Of a stretch of DNA of 39,022 nucleotides, positions 17,741 to 26,240 are shown in pieces. The stretch's first letter is position 1; each line of letters begins with the position of its first letter. Source of the stretch: Planctomycetaceae bacterium (GTDB lineage: Bacteria; Planctomycetota; Planctomycetia; Planctomycetales; Planctomycetaceae); NCBI GenBank assembly GCA_045105495.1, contig JBGCDN010000215.1, positions 1 to 39,022 of the forward strand, read 5' to 3'. A program made the position numbers and the translations under genes. A model generated the notes under the pieces. It saw only the letters and a program-made list of their open reading frames with translations, searched no databases and had not been told where the DNA came from.

Positions 17741-18484
17741 ATGGGACGCATGGTGATGTACGGAGCGCTGGTCATTGGATCGTTCGCGATAGCGGCTGGC
17801 GGTTCGTGGTTCCTAAATCAGAAGGAAGAAGACAAGACCGAACAAGCTGAAGGCGATGGTGAAGATGAGAATGCCGTCCAACAACTGGGCGACGAGACTA
17901 CCGATGGGATTCCGCAGGAACTTCCATCCGCCGTGCCTCCGAAGGCAATGAGTGCCGAGCACCTGTACCGCATGGGCGAAGTCATGAAGACGCGCGTTGC
18001 GGCGATCGAGCGGCGTGAGTCCGAATTGGAGAACGAAGAACGTCGCCTGAAACTTGTGCTAATGGATATCGACGCAGAACAACGTGAAACAGACGGATTC
18101 CTGACACAAGTACGTGGGACGCTGGATACGACGACTCAGATCCTTCAAGAAATTCAGACTATTCAGAGTCAGCCAGTTCCAGAGAAACCCAAAGACGAAG
18201 AGAAGGACGAGAACACGGGCTTGAAGCAGCCGAGTGAAAACGAAATGAAGAACTACAAGCGGCAGGCCGCGATTTTCCAAGGCATGGATCCGGCCAAGGC
18301 CGCAACTCAGCTAACGAAGATGGCCAACGAAGGCGACGTCGACAAAGTTGTTTGGATCGTAAGCAAGTTTGAAGAGCGCAAGGCGGCGAAAATGCTGGAA
18401 GTGATGCCAGACGAAAGCCTGGCGATCCAGATTGCCAAACGATCTCTTGAGATCCGTCATCCCGAAAAGAAGAAGAAAAGGTAA
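17741..18484 (+). CDS. Membrane-anchored coiled-coil protein with an MgtE_N/MotE-like C-terminal domain (YlxF/FlbB-like flagellar protein)
   Basis: It has an N-terminal TM helix (YGALVIGSFAIAAGGSWFL), an acidic linker and a coiled coil. The C-terminal region reads MDPAKAATQLTKMANEGDVDKVVWIVSKFEERKAAKMLEVMPDESLAIQIAKR. It occupies the post-fliJ slot held by ylxF/flbB in Bacillus and Borrelia operons. Confidence 0.55.
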   Translation: MGRMVMYGALVIGSFAIAAGGSWFLNQKEEDKTEQAEGDGEDENAVQQLGDETTDGIPQELPSAVPPKAMSAEHLYRMGEVMKTRVAAIERRESELENEERRLKLVLMDIDAEQRETDGFLTQVRGTLDTTTQILQEIQTIQSQPVPEKPKDEEKDENTGLKQPSENEMKNYKRQAAIFQGMDPAKAATQLTKMANEGDVDKVVWIVSKFEERKAAKMLEVMPDESLAIQIAKRSLEIRHPEKKKKR

Positions 18485-18492
18485 GCACGATT

Positions 18493-18762
18493 ATGAGCAC
18501 AATCGATGTGGTTCAAATCTGTCGCGAACTGGTAATCACAACCATGCTTGTCGCAGCGCCGACGGTGCTTGTGAGTTTGCTGGTGGGTTTAGTCATTAGC
18601 ATTTTGCAAACCATCACCAGCGTTCAGGAACAGACACTGACATTCGCTCCGCGTCTGCTGGCAGTTGGCGTTGTGTTTGTTGTGACGCTGCCATGGACAC
18701 TGCGATTGGTTATGGAATTTACCGAACGCATGCTGACCTATGGTGTTGAGGCGGCAACATAA
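18493..18762 (+). CDS. fliQ: Flagellar export gate protein FliQ
   Basis: The 89-aa protein has two TM helices. The motif LVGLVISILQTITSVQEQTLTFAPRLLAV is present. Confidence 0.9.
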   Translation: MSTIDVVQICRELVITTMLVAAPTVLVSLLVGLVISILQTITSVQEQTLTFAPRLLAVGVVFVVTLPWTLRLVMEFTERMLTYGVEAAT

Positions 18763-18764
18763 AA

Positions 18765-19517
18765 ATGGATCTTCTGTCCCAACACATCATTGCGTTCATG
18801 ATGGTGCTCACACGCGTGGCTGCATTCGTAGTCGTGATGCCAATATTCAAACGCGAGATGGTTCCAAAGTCGGTCAAGCTGGGTCTGATTTTCGCACTGA
18901 CACTGTTGTGGTGTAACAACTATGCGGTGCCAGTGAAGTCATACAACGTCGCAACACTAACCGTGATGGCCATTCGAGAAGGCTTCCTCGGCGCAGCGAT
19001 TGGCTTTGTTCTGGGGCTGTTTCTGTTTCCAGTACAGGTTGCTGGTTCATGGATTAGTCAGGAACTGGGGCTCAGTATGGCTTCATTGGCCGACCCGGTG
19101 ACTCAGCAGAATTCGACCGTTGTGTCTCAGGTGTTCATGGGCGTTGGAACACTTCTGTTTCTTGTCATGAACTTACATCATTCGTTGTTCATTGCTTTGG
19201 GAATGACCTTCGAACGAATTGAATTTGGTGCTCAGATTGATCGCGAACGCTTCGGAATGATCGCCGTTGATACGCTCGCAACGGGCCATGAAACGGGACT
19301 CACAATTGCAGGACCAGTCGGTGTTTTGCTGTTTCTTGGTTCTGTCGTTCTCTTCATGCTGAACCGCGCGTCGCCGCAGTTGAATTTGTTTTCGATTGGC
19401 TTGCCACTACGACTGGCCGGCGGTTTCACAGCGCTGCTTATTCTGATGCCGGAAACATGTTTGCTGATTGGCCGAAGCCTTACCGGAATGGTTGAAAGGC
19501 TCTATTCAGTGCTATGA
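18765..19517 (+). CDS. fliR: Flagellar export gate protein FliR
   Basis: The 250-aa polytopic membrane protein starts 2 nt after fliQ. It has a FliR-like N-terminus (FMMVLTRVAAFVVVMPIF). Confidence 0.85.
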   Translation: MDLLSQHIIAFMMVLTRVAAFVVVMPIFKREMVPKSVKLGLIFALTLLWCNNYAVPVKSYNVATLTVMAIREGFLGAAIGFVLGLFLFPVQVAGSWISQELGLSMASLADPVTQQNSTVVSQVFMGVGTLLFLVMNLHHSLFIALGMTFERIEFGAQIDRERFGMIAVDTLATGHETGLTIAGPVGVLLFLGSVVLFMLNRASPQLNLFSIGLPLRLAGGFTALLILMPETCLLIGRSLTGMVERLYSVL

Positions 19518-19579
19518 AAGAGTAGCGACAAGCCTGGTGCCAGCCGGCACCTTAGTAGAACCACCGCGAACGGATTCGC

Positions 19580-20629
19580 ATGGCGGACAACGATCAGAAA
19601 ACACACGACGCCACCCCAAAGCGCCGGCAGGATGCGCGCGACAAGGGGCAGATTCCGTACAGCGCCGAGTTTGTACAAGGCGCGTTGTTGTTGGCTGGTG
19701 TTGCGACGTTGTGGGTGGGAGCTGCGATTTCGGATGGAATGCAGTTGTCTGTTCGGAATGGTCTGGCAGATCTGCGAACCAATATGAGCCCCGCAGATGT
19801 GCATACTCTTGCGGGACAGAAACTGTGGGAGTACGGAGCCACCATTGGGCCACTCATGTTGACTGTCTTGCTGACGGTCCTCGCCATTGGCGGTGTGCAG
19901 AGCGGAGGCAACATCTCGCTAACAGCATTAATGCCAGACCCGAAACGGCTTTCACCAGCAAGCGGTATTTCTAAACTGGCGTCGTCGCGGTCACTTATGC
20001 GGACTCTTGTGTCGCTGTTGAAGGTCAGCGGTGTGGCAGCGATCGCCATGTTTGTGATCAACGCCAAATTCAACGTCATCGAAACTGCCGGTCGCGGATC
20101 GTTGGCCACGGCCATTCGTATTGGCTGGGAAGCCAGTGTGGGGATCGCTCTGGCGGTTGCCGGTTCAATGGTTGTCGTAGGCGCTATTGATCTCATCTAT
20201 CAACGGTGGAAGCACGAACAAGACCTCAAGATGTCATTCGAAGAGGTCAAAGAAGATCACAAGCAGCAAGAAGGCGATCCCATGGTTCGGGCTCGACTGC
20301 GCCGGCTGCAACGCGAACGCGCTAACAACCGCATGATGCAAGAGGTACCTGAAGCGACGGTTGTCATCACGAACCCAACACACATTTCCGTCGCGCTAAA
20401 ATACGAACGCTCTACGATGGCCGCGCCAATCATCGTCGCCATGGGTGCCGACGAAATCGCGCTGAGAATTCGGACGGTCGCGAAAGAACATGGCATTCCC
20501 ATCGTCGAAGAAAAGCCACTCGCTCGAGCACTCTTCGCCAGCGCTGAAGTCGGCGATGAAATTCCGGTTCAGCTGTACCAGGCGGTCGCCAGCATCCTGC
20601 AACTCATCCTCCGAAACCCAACGCGGTAG
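19580..20629 (+). CDS. flhB: Flagellar export switch protein FlhB
   Basis: The N-terminus reads KTHDATPKRRQDARDKGQIPYSAEF. The autocleavage motif NPTH is present (VVITNPTHISVALKY). The protein is 349 aa. Confidence 0.92.
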   Translation: MADNDQKTHDATPKRRQDARDKGQIPYSAEFVQGALLLAGVATLWVGAAISDGMQLSVRNGLADLRTNMSPADVHTLAGQKLWEYGATIGPLMLTVLLTVLAIGGVQSGGNISLTALMPDPKRLSPASGISKLASSRSLMRTLVSLLKVSGVAAIAMFVINAKFNVIETAGRGSLATAIRIGWEASVGIALAVAGSMVVVGAIDLIYQRWKHEQDLKMSFEEVKEDHKQQEGDPMVRARLRRLQRERANNRMMQEVPEATVVITNPTHISVALKYERSTMAAPIIVAMGADEIALRIRTVAKEHGIPIVEEKPLARALFASAEVGDEIPVQLYQAVASILQLILRNPTR

Positions 20630-21453
20630 CAACTTCCAGTTGCAACGGGGTGCGGCAGCTGCGTCGGGATGATGTTCTTCAGGTGCTTCTTCGCCGCATG
20701 AGCGGTTTGACTGATCTGTGATTCGACTGTCGCGAGTCGGGATACATCTCAATTGTCTACCAGCAACGAGTCTCGCCGCGCAACGCCTAATGTGGGGACA
20801 TTACGAACACCCCATAAGGGTGCCTACGTGGCCATATTGCGGGCAATTCTGCCGAGAAACACGGCAACCAACCAACAGTTTGAAGGCGATTCTACAGTTT
20901 CACTTGCATTGAGATGAACTGCTCTTGCGGCGGTGTTGAGGCGGCGAATACCACTCGCCCGAACGAGGCAATGAGATTGTCTGCTGCCTGCTTCTTGCAG
21001 ATGAAAGACATTCAGTGCCGTGGGCCCCAGAGCTAGCAGGAATAGTCGTTCAAGCCATTGTGGGAGTATCAGTCCCGCAGTCAGTGATGAAGCTTGCGAC
21101 TGAAGTTGAGTGGTGAAGTGCTCGATCGCGGATACGACCAGGTATTCGTACATTGGAGGCTACGAGCGACGGGCGCTTCCCACTTCTTCTTCCGCACCCG
21201 GCTATCTGCATCACCAATTGCGTGATCGAATACGATTGCAAGAACTTGCCAGATGCGTGATCAGAAATGGTCAGCTTGCGTCCAGATTTGGACTTCGAAT
21301 TGAGTACGTAGAAGCACGGTGCTACGGCCCGCATAACACGATTCGTCCCGCTGCTATCGTTGCAACCCTGCTTCAGCCCTACCCAGTTTAGGTCTCGGCC
21401 TATCGTGACCACGCAATTGTGAGTCCGGACCTTCGATAGCCACTCGAACCCTT

Positions 21454-22764
21454 GTGGAGGCAGTTCGAGTGTCAGAATTGGAAAGAGCGGTTGTACGCCC
21501 CGCGTTCGGTGGTAGCTCGGGCACAGTATCGCATGTCGAGACTCGACTTCGATCACTGATTGCTCAGGAAGATCAGGCTCCATCAACTATACCGATTGAA
21601 CCGGTTTCAAAGACTCCGGAGAACTGGCTACCCGTCGGCGTCCGCACAGCACGGGTCATGATTGTCGACGACGACTATCAGGCTCTTATCGAACTGCGAA
21701 TGGCATTGAAGAGTGCTGGGTTTGACGACTTTCTAACGACAAGCCGTCCCACAGAAGCGCTGCCACTGCTTCGTTCGGGGCGCCCGGATGTCGTAATACT
21801 CGACTACGACATGCCCGAAGCCAGCGGGTTGGACATCCTTCGCGCCATGCGAATGGACCCGGCTCTGCGTACTCTGCCAGTGATCATCACGTCAGAGCAT
21901 GCTGACCACGAATGTGTGACAGCTTCGCTCGAAGCGGGCGCTCACGATCACATTGTGAAGTCGGCAGGACCTACCTCGATTTCTCTTCGCGTTCGGAATG
22001 CGATCCAACTCCGACAAGAGATTGTAAGAACTCATCGCGAACGACACCGGTTGGAAAATGTCGTCAAGCAACGAACACAGGAACTACTGAGTTCACGCCA
22101 GCTGCTTATCGTCAGTCTGGCGCGGGCGGCTGAGTTTCGCGACAACGAAACTGGTAACCATGTTGTTCGAGTCGGAAACTATGCGGGGATCATTGCGGAA
22201 CAACTTGGTTGGTCGCAGGAGCAAGTTGAACTGATTGAACAAGCGGCTCAGCTACACGACGTCGGCAAGATAGCGATTCCGGATAAAATCCTGTTCAAGG
22301 AAGGCCGTCTGGACCCGCAGGAGTATGAGCTAATGAAGACTCATGCCTTGCTCGGCCGAAACATTATCGAACCCTATGCGGACCAAGATTTGGCTCGCCT
22401 TCGTTCTCATGCAAAAGTCGGGTCTCGCATTCTCCAGGCCTGCGAATCGCCAATGATGATGATGGCGTCTCGAATTGCTCAGACGCATCACGAACGCTGG
22501 GATGGAACCGGTTATCCGCTGGGTTTACAGGGGACCGACATCCCGATCGAAGGTCGCATAACTGCCGTCGCCGATGTCTTCGACGCACTCTCCAGCGCTC
22601 GACCTTATAAGGCTGCCTATTCACGCGAGCGGTGCATGAGCATTATCGAAAAGGGGCGGGGCACTCAGTTTGATCCTGAGGTACTGGACGCTTTCAAGTC
22701 GGGAAGAGAGAAGATTGTTCAGACGCAGATGGATCTCGCAGACTTTGTCCGGCCATCGACCTAA
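21454..22764 (+). CDS. Response regulator with HD-GYP c-di-GMP phosphodiesterase domain (RpfG-type)
   Basis: The REC domain shows RVMIVDDD, VVILDYDMPEASG and HIVKS. The HD-GYP domain shows AAQLHDVGKIAIP and HHERWDGTGYPLGL. The start is uncertain: GTG 21454 gives a 65-aa leader, and ATG 21658 would start directly at MIVDDD. Confidence 0.9.
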   Translation: MEAVRVSELERAVVRPAFGGSSGTVSHVETRLRSLIAQEDQAPSTIPIEPVSKTPENWLPVGVRTARVMIVDDDYQALIELRMALKSAGFDDFLTTSRPTEALPLLRSGRPDVVILDYDMPEASGLDILRAMRMDPALRTLPVIITSEHADHECVTASLEAGAHDHIVKSAGPTSISLRVRNAIQLRQEIVRTHRERHRLENVVKQRTQELLSSRQLLIVSLARAAEFRDNETGNHVVRVGNYAGIIAEQLGWSQEQVELIEQAAQLHDVGKIAIPDKILFKEGRLDPQEYELMKTHALLGRNIIEPYADQDLARLRSHAKVGSRILQACESPMMMMASRIAQTHHERWDGTGYPLGLQGTDIPIEGRITAVADVFDALSSARPYKAAYSRERCMSIIEKGRGTQFDPEVLDAFKSGREKIVQTQMDLADFVRPST

Positions 22765-23059
22765 TTGAACCGCTCATCGATTCGACCCAGTTCGAACTTC
22801 CCATGACATCTGCGGCTGAAGAGAAACAACCGCCGGGACGAACTGTCCAAAGGCTGATTTGCTGGGAAATCAGGCAACTTTTGCGGATCCGGGCGACGGA
22901 AATCCCACTTTTTCCTGAGCCTGAAGCCCATCGCCGCCGCGCAGCTTGCCGGTCGAGCTCATAGCTCCGTATCATTGGGATCCCCACAGGTGCCTTCTGT
23001 GCACGACGCCGGCTGAGCCTTGGGCCGTCGTAAAGTGACTCAATTCCGGAGTTTAACTC

Positions 23060-26000
23060 GTGCCTCAACCAAACACCGATCATCCCGCGCGCGTCGATGC
23101 GCGGCGTCGAGCTTGTACATTCGCAGCGCGATTCATCTGTGCTGTTCTCGCTTGTTTCCTGCTCGCCCCGGCGACCGTTCTCGCACAGGATGCTAACGAG
23201 GATTACACGTTTGCTCGCGGTCTGTATAAGACCGGCCGCTATCAACAGGCTGCCACCGCGTTCAAATCATTTCTCGAAACTCACAAAGAGCACCCGCGCG
23301 CTGGTGTCGCGACGTTGTACTACGGTTTGTCGCTTAGCAACCTCGGACAGTACCGCGAATCGCGCAGTCAGTTCGAAGAGTTTGCTCGCCAGTATCCTGA
23401 AAGCAAGAACCTGCCGGACGCCACTTACCGCATTGGTGAGTGCAGCTTTTACGCACGCGACTATCAGCGAGCCATTACGGAGCTCAAGAGTTTTCGTACG
23501 AAGTTTCCGGATCACTCTTTGGTCAATTGGGCGTACCTGTTCGAAGGTCAGTCGCAGCTTGCGTTGAAGGAATGGGTTGTTGCACAGCGAACGTTCCAGA
23601 CTCTGGCCGACAGGAAGCCAGAACCGCAGATGACCCGCGACCTCGAATACGGACTTGGCCGCAGCCTTGAGGGTCAAAACCAAATTGGCGAAGCGTTCAA
23701 GTACTACGGCAAACTGGCAAAGGACAATGACCCGGTCGTCTCACCAAGAGCGTTGTCTCGCATGGGCAGTCTGTACTTCAAAGCGGATGACCTGAAGCAG
23801 GCGATCAACACTTATGGGTTCATTGTCAACGACTTCGAAAAGAACAGCCTTGCCGCTCCTGCGAGATTGAATATCGGTCTCGCGTATTTTCGATTGAAGG
23901 ATTACCCGCAAGCGTTGAATTGGCTGAACAAGGCGAAGGGTGAAAAAGCGAACCGTCCGCGTGCCGACATTCTGCACGCTGTAAGTCTTCAGAAGACGTC
24001 GAAGTATCCCGAAGCGGACAAAGCACTCGACGCGTTGTTTATTGAGTTCCAAAACAACAAACAGTTCGCACCCGAGATCTTGTACTACCGAGCCGACGGC
24101 CTGCGACTGTCGGGGCGACCGGACGAAGCGAAGCAGCTTTTTGAGCGCGTTGCGACTGACTGGGGCACCAGCCCATTCGCCGACGATGGCCTGTTCTTCG
24201 CGGCCGATTCTGCAATGCAGGGGAAAGACTACGCATCAGCTCAGCGACTCTTGACCACACTGAACGACCGATTTCCAGACCATACCTACAAGAGCCAGAC
24301 TCAGTTGTTGCTTGGCCGAATCGCCGCGAGGGGCAAGGGAGAACCTGAACTCCGCAAAGCTCTGGCGGAATATCAACAAGCCTTGAAAGTGGCGGACAAC
24401 GACCGGACCCGAGCGCTGACGCGATACTACCTGGCGAGAACCCACCAACAGTTGCGTGAGCACAAAGAAGTTCTAGCGACAACAGGATCGCTCATCAGCG
24501 AGATCGAACAAGGGAAGTACGACGACCTCGCCGGAGTCATTGTTCTCTCTTCCGTTAGCGAACTCGCGTTGGGCAAATACACAGATGCGTCAACAACCGC
24601 GTCTCGCTACATCAACCGGTTCCCAACCGGCGACAAACTGATTGACGCACGCGAGGTAAAAGCGATTGCAGAGGCAAATCAGGGGAAACGACCCGCTGCC
24701 GATCAAGAGCTCAAAGCGATTGATGCTCTAAACGTCGATCGAGCCAAAGCTGTTGCGAAGCGTGTCGCCGAAGTGGCATGGCAACGTGGTGACTTCGCAT
24801 GGAGCCGCGATCTGTTCCAACGACTCACTCTTGATCGCGACTCTGAACTGCGACCAGACGGACTGTCGGGTGTCGCATGGAGCGAGTACGAATTGAAGAA
24901 CTATGCGAACGCAGCCGCATCGTTCAAAGAGCTGCTGCGTGATCATCCGAACTTCAAGCGAATTGCCGAAGCGCCGTTCATGATTGGCGAAGCGTACCGC
25001 GAAGGTGGCCGGACGGAAGAAGCCATCACCGCGTATCGCAAAGCGTTCAATATGTATCTGCCTGCTGAGGCTGCACCACCGCAGGCCGAATTTCGCAAAC
25101 CGACAAAGTTCTCATTCGAAGCCGGACGTCAACTCGCGCGGCTCTTGGAGCTGCGGGGTGAAGTTGACGAGGCCGACAAAGTTTACGAGCGTCTCACAAC
25201 GCTTTTCCCCGAAGCAAGCAAGCTCGACGAAATCATTGAACGCTGGGCCTTCATGCATCAGGACGCTCAGAACTTCACGCGTTCTGACGAGCTGTTCAAG
25301 TCACTCATCGATAAGCGGCCTCGCAGCCCACTGATTTACAACGCTCGAATGGTTCTTGCCGAGAGCGATATGATTGCGGGCAAGCTTCCCGAAGCATCGG
25401 CTGTCTTCATAGAACTCAAAGACGCACCATCTGCCCCACAACCCATTGCTGAAGGCGCGATTTACAATCTGATTGCTATTAGCAACAAGGTGAAAGACGA
25501 CGCGAAGGTAAAGGCGTATGTGGATGAGTACTTAAGCCGGTTCAAGAACGGAACATTCTTCGACCACGTACGATTTTTCCAAAGTGAGATGTTGTATCGT
25601 GGGAAGGAGTATCAACAGGCTGAAGATATTCTGACCAATCTGCGAACACGCGTGACGGCACCGGGCGTGAACGACGAAGAATGGCATGGGCTGGTGTGGG
25701 TTGATCTGGCAGAAGTTCACTACGCGAACAAGCAATACGCGAAGGTGCGTGAAGTCGCCGCAGAGATGCTGGCTCGACCAACGGCGGCTCGATACTACTA
25801 TCGCATGCACGAAATCGTTGGCCGGTCGTACTACCGCGAAGCAAATTTCGATGCAGCCCGCGAATCGTTTCGCAAAGTGGTCATTGATGGGTTCGGCAGA
25901 CGTACGCCAACCGCCGGGAAGTGCCAACTTCGCCTCGGTGATACGTGGCTTGCTCAGGAAAAATATTCGCAGGCTCTTACGGAGTTCATGAAGGCGTACA

Positions 26001-26191
26001 CGAACTATGGTGGCCTGCCAGAGATTCAGGCTGCCGGACTTCTGCAGGCGGCCGGATGTGAAAAAGCTCTGCTACGACCAACAGACGCGACGAAGAGCTA
26101 CAAGGAAGTCATCGAGAAGTTCCCGAACACTCCGGAGGCTAAGATCGCTCAGGAGAAATTGCAGGAACTGCAGTCAGCAGCAAGGCCTTAA
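23060..26191 (+). CDS. Secreted or periplasmic multi-TPR protein (1043 aa, YbgF/CpoB-like TPR units throughout)
   Basis: A signal-like N-terminus is present (FICAVLACFLLAPATVLAQD). TPR-type repeats follow (YTFARGLYKTGRYQQAATAFKSFLETHKEHPRA..., etc.). The GTG start has a GGAG 8 nt upstream. Confidence 0.85.
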   Translation: MPQPNTDHPARVDARRRACTFAARFICAVLACFLLAPATVLAQDANEDYTFARGLYKTGRYQQAATAFKSFLETHKEHPRAGVATLYYGLSLSNLGQYRESRSQFEEFARQYPESKNLPDATYRIGECSFYARDYQRAITELKSFRTKFPDHSLVNWAYLFEGQSQLALKEWVVAQRTFQTLADRKPEPQMTRDLEYGLGRSLEGQNQIGEAFKYYGKLAKDNDPVVSPRALSRMGSLYFKADDLKQAINTYGFIVNDFEKNSLAAPARLNIGLAYFRLKDYPQALNWLNKAKGEKANRPRADILHAVSLQKTSKYPEADKALDALFIEFQNNKQFAPEILYYRADGLRLSGRPDEAKQLFERVATDWGTSPFADDGLFFAADSAMQGKDYASAQRLLTTLNDRFPDHTYKSQTQLLLGRIAARGKGEPELRKALAEYQQALKVADNDRTRALTRYYLARTHQQLREHKEVLATTGSLISEIEQGKYDDLAGVIVLSSVSELALGKYTDASTTASRYINRFPTGDKLIDAREVKAIAEANQGKRPAADQELKAIDALNVDRAKAVAKRVAEVAWQRGDFAWSRDLFQRLTLDRDSELRPDGLSGVAWSEYELKNYANAAASFKELLRDHPNFKRIAEAPFMIGEAYREGGRTEEAITAYRKAFNMYLPAEAAPPQAEFRKPTKFSFEAGRQLARLLELRGEVDEADKVYERLTTLFPEASKLDEIIERWAFMHQDAQNFTRSDELFKSLIDKRPRSPLIYNARMVLAESDMIAGKLPEASAVFIELKDAPSAPQPIAEGAIYNLIAISNKVKDDAKVKAYVDEYLSRFKNGTFFDHVRFFQSEMLYRGKEYQQAEDILTNLRTRVTAPGVNDEEWHGLVWVDLAEVHYANKQYAKVREVAAEMLARPTAARYYYRMHEIVGRSYYREANFDAARESFRKVVIDGFGRRTPTAGKCQLRLGDTWLAQEKYSQALTEFMKAYTNYGGLPEIQAAGLLQAAGCEKALLRPTDATKSYKEVIEKFPNTPEAKIAQEKLQELQSAARP

Positions 26192-26205
26192 CAAACAGAG
26201 CTTCG

Positions 26206-26224
26206 CTTCACCGCCACGGTGAAG
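26206..26224 (+). promoter_or_regulatory. Small stem-loop between the TPR gene and exbB-like gene
   Basis: cttcacc-gccac-ggtgaag forms a 7-bp stem with a 5-nt loop, 15 nt after the TPR stop. Only UU follows, so it is not a canonical terminator. Confidence 0.2.
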
Positions 26225-26240
26225 TTGGATAGACAAGATA

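Noticed and set aside
19535-19550. Small GC hairpins in the fliR-flhB gap (ggtgcc-agcc-ggcacc) and just after the flhB stop (gcaac-ttcca-gttgc, 20629-20643).
   Set aside because: The stems are only 5-6 bp with no U-tract. Such stems are expected by chance at these lengths, so they are not reported as terminators.
20711-20729. ctgatctgtgattcgactg resembles the 5' end of tmRNA (CUGAUUCUGGAUUCGACGG, 14/19 matches).
   Set aside because: There is no preceding GGGG acceptor strand. About 350 nt downstream there is no T-arm with a UUC-type loop and no CCA-adjacent acceptor complement. The candidate gggagtatcagtccc has the wrong loop. The match is judged coincidental.
21287-21300. A ttcgaat T-loop-like heptamer in the unassigned region after flhB. 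A tRNA or tRNA-like element was considered.
   Set aside because: The flanking 5-mers are not complementary on either strand, so there is no T-stem. No acceptor or anticodon arms could be drawn.
22765-23059. The 295-nt region upstream of the TPR gene contains aggcaac and ggcgacggaaatcc, which faintly recall GEMM-I c-di-GMP riboswitch motifs. It also has a 7-bp AT-rich hairpin at 22854-22873 followed by gcaactttt.
   Set aside because: The order and spacing of the motifs do not fit the GEMM-I architecture (GGCAAAC, then a GNRA hairpin, then GACGCAAAGCC, then P2). The hairpin is weak and lies about 90 nt from the upstream stop. An Infernal scan would be needed to revive either idea.
22694-23245. 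183-aa minus-strand ORF spanning the intergenic region between the HD-GYP regulator and the TPR gene.
   Set aside because: It overlaps both neighbouring genes at its ends. Its composition is R/S/G-rich with no motifs and no plausible ribosome-binding context. It is most likely non-coding.
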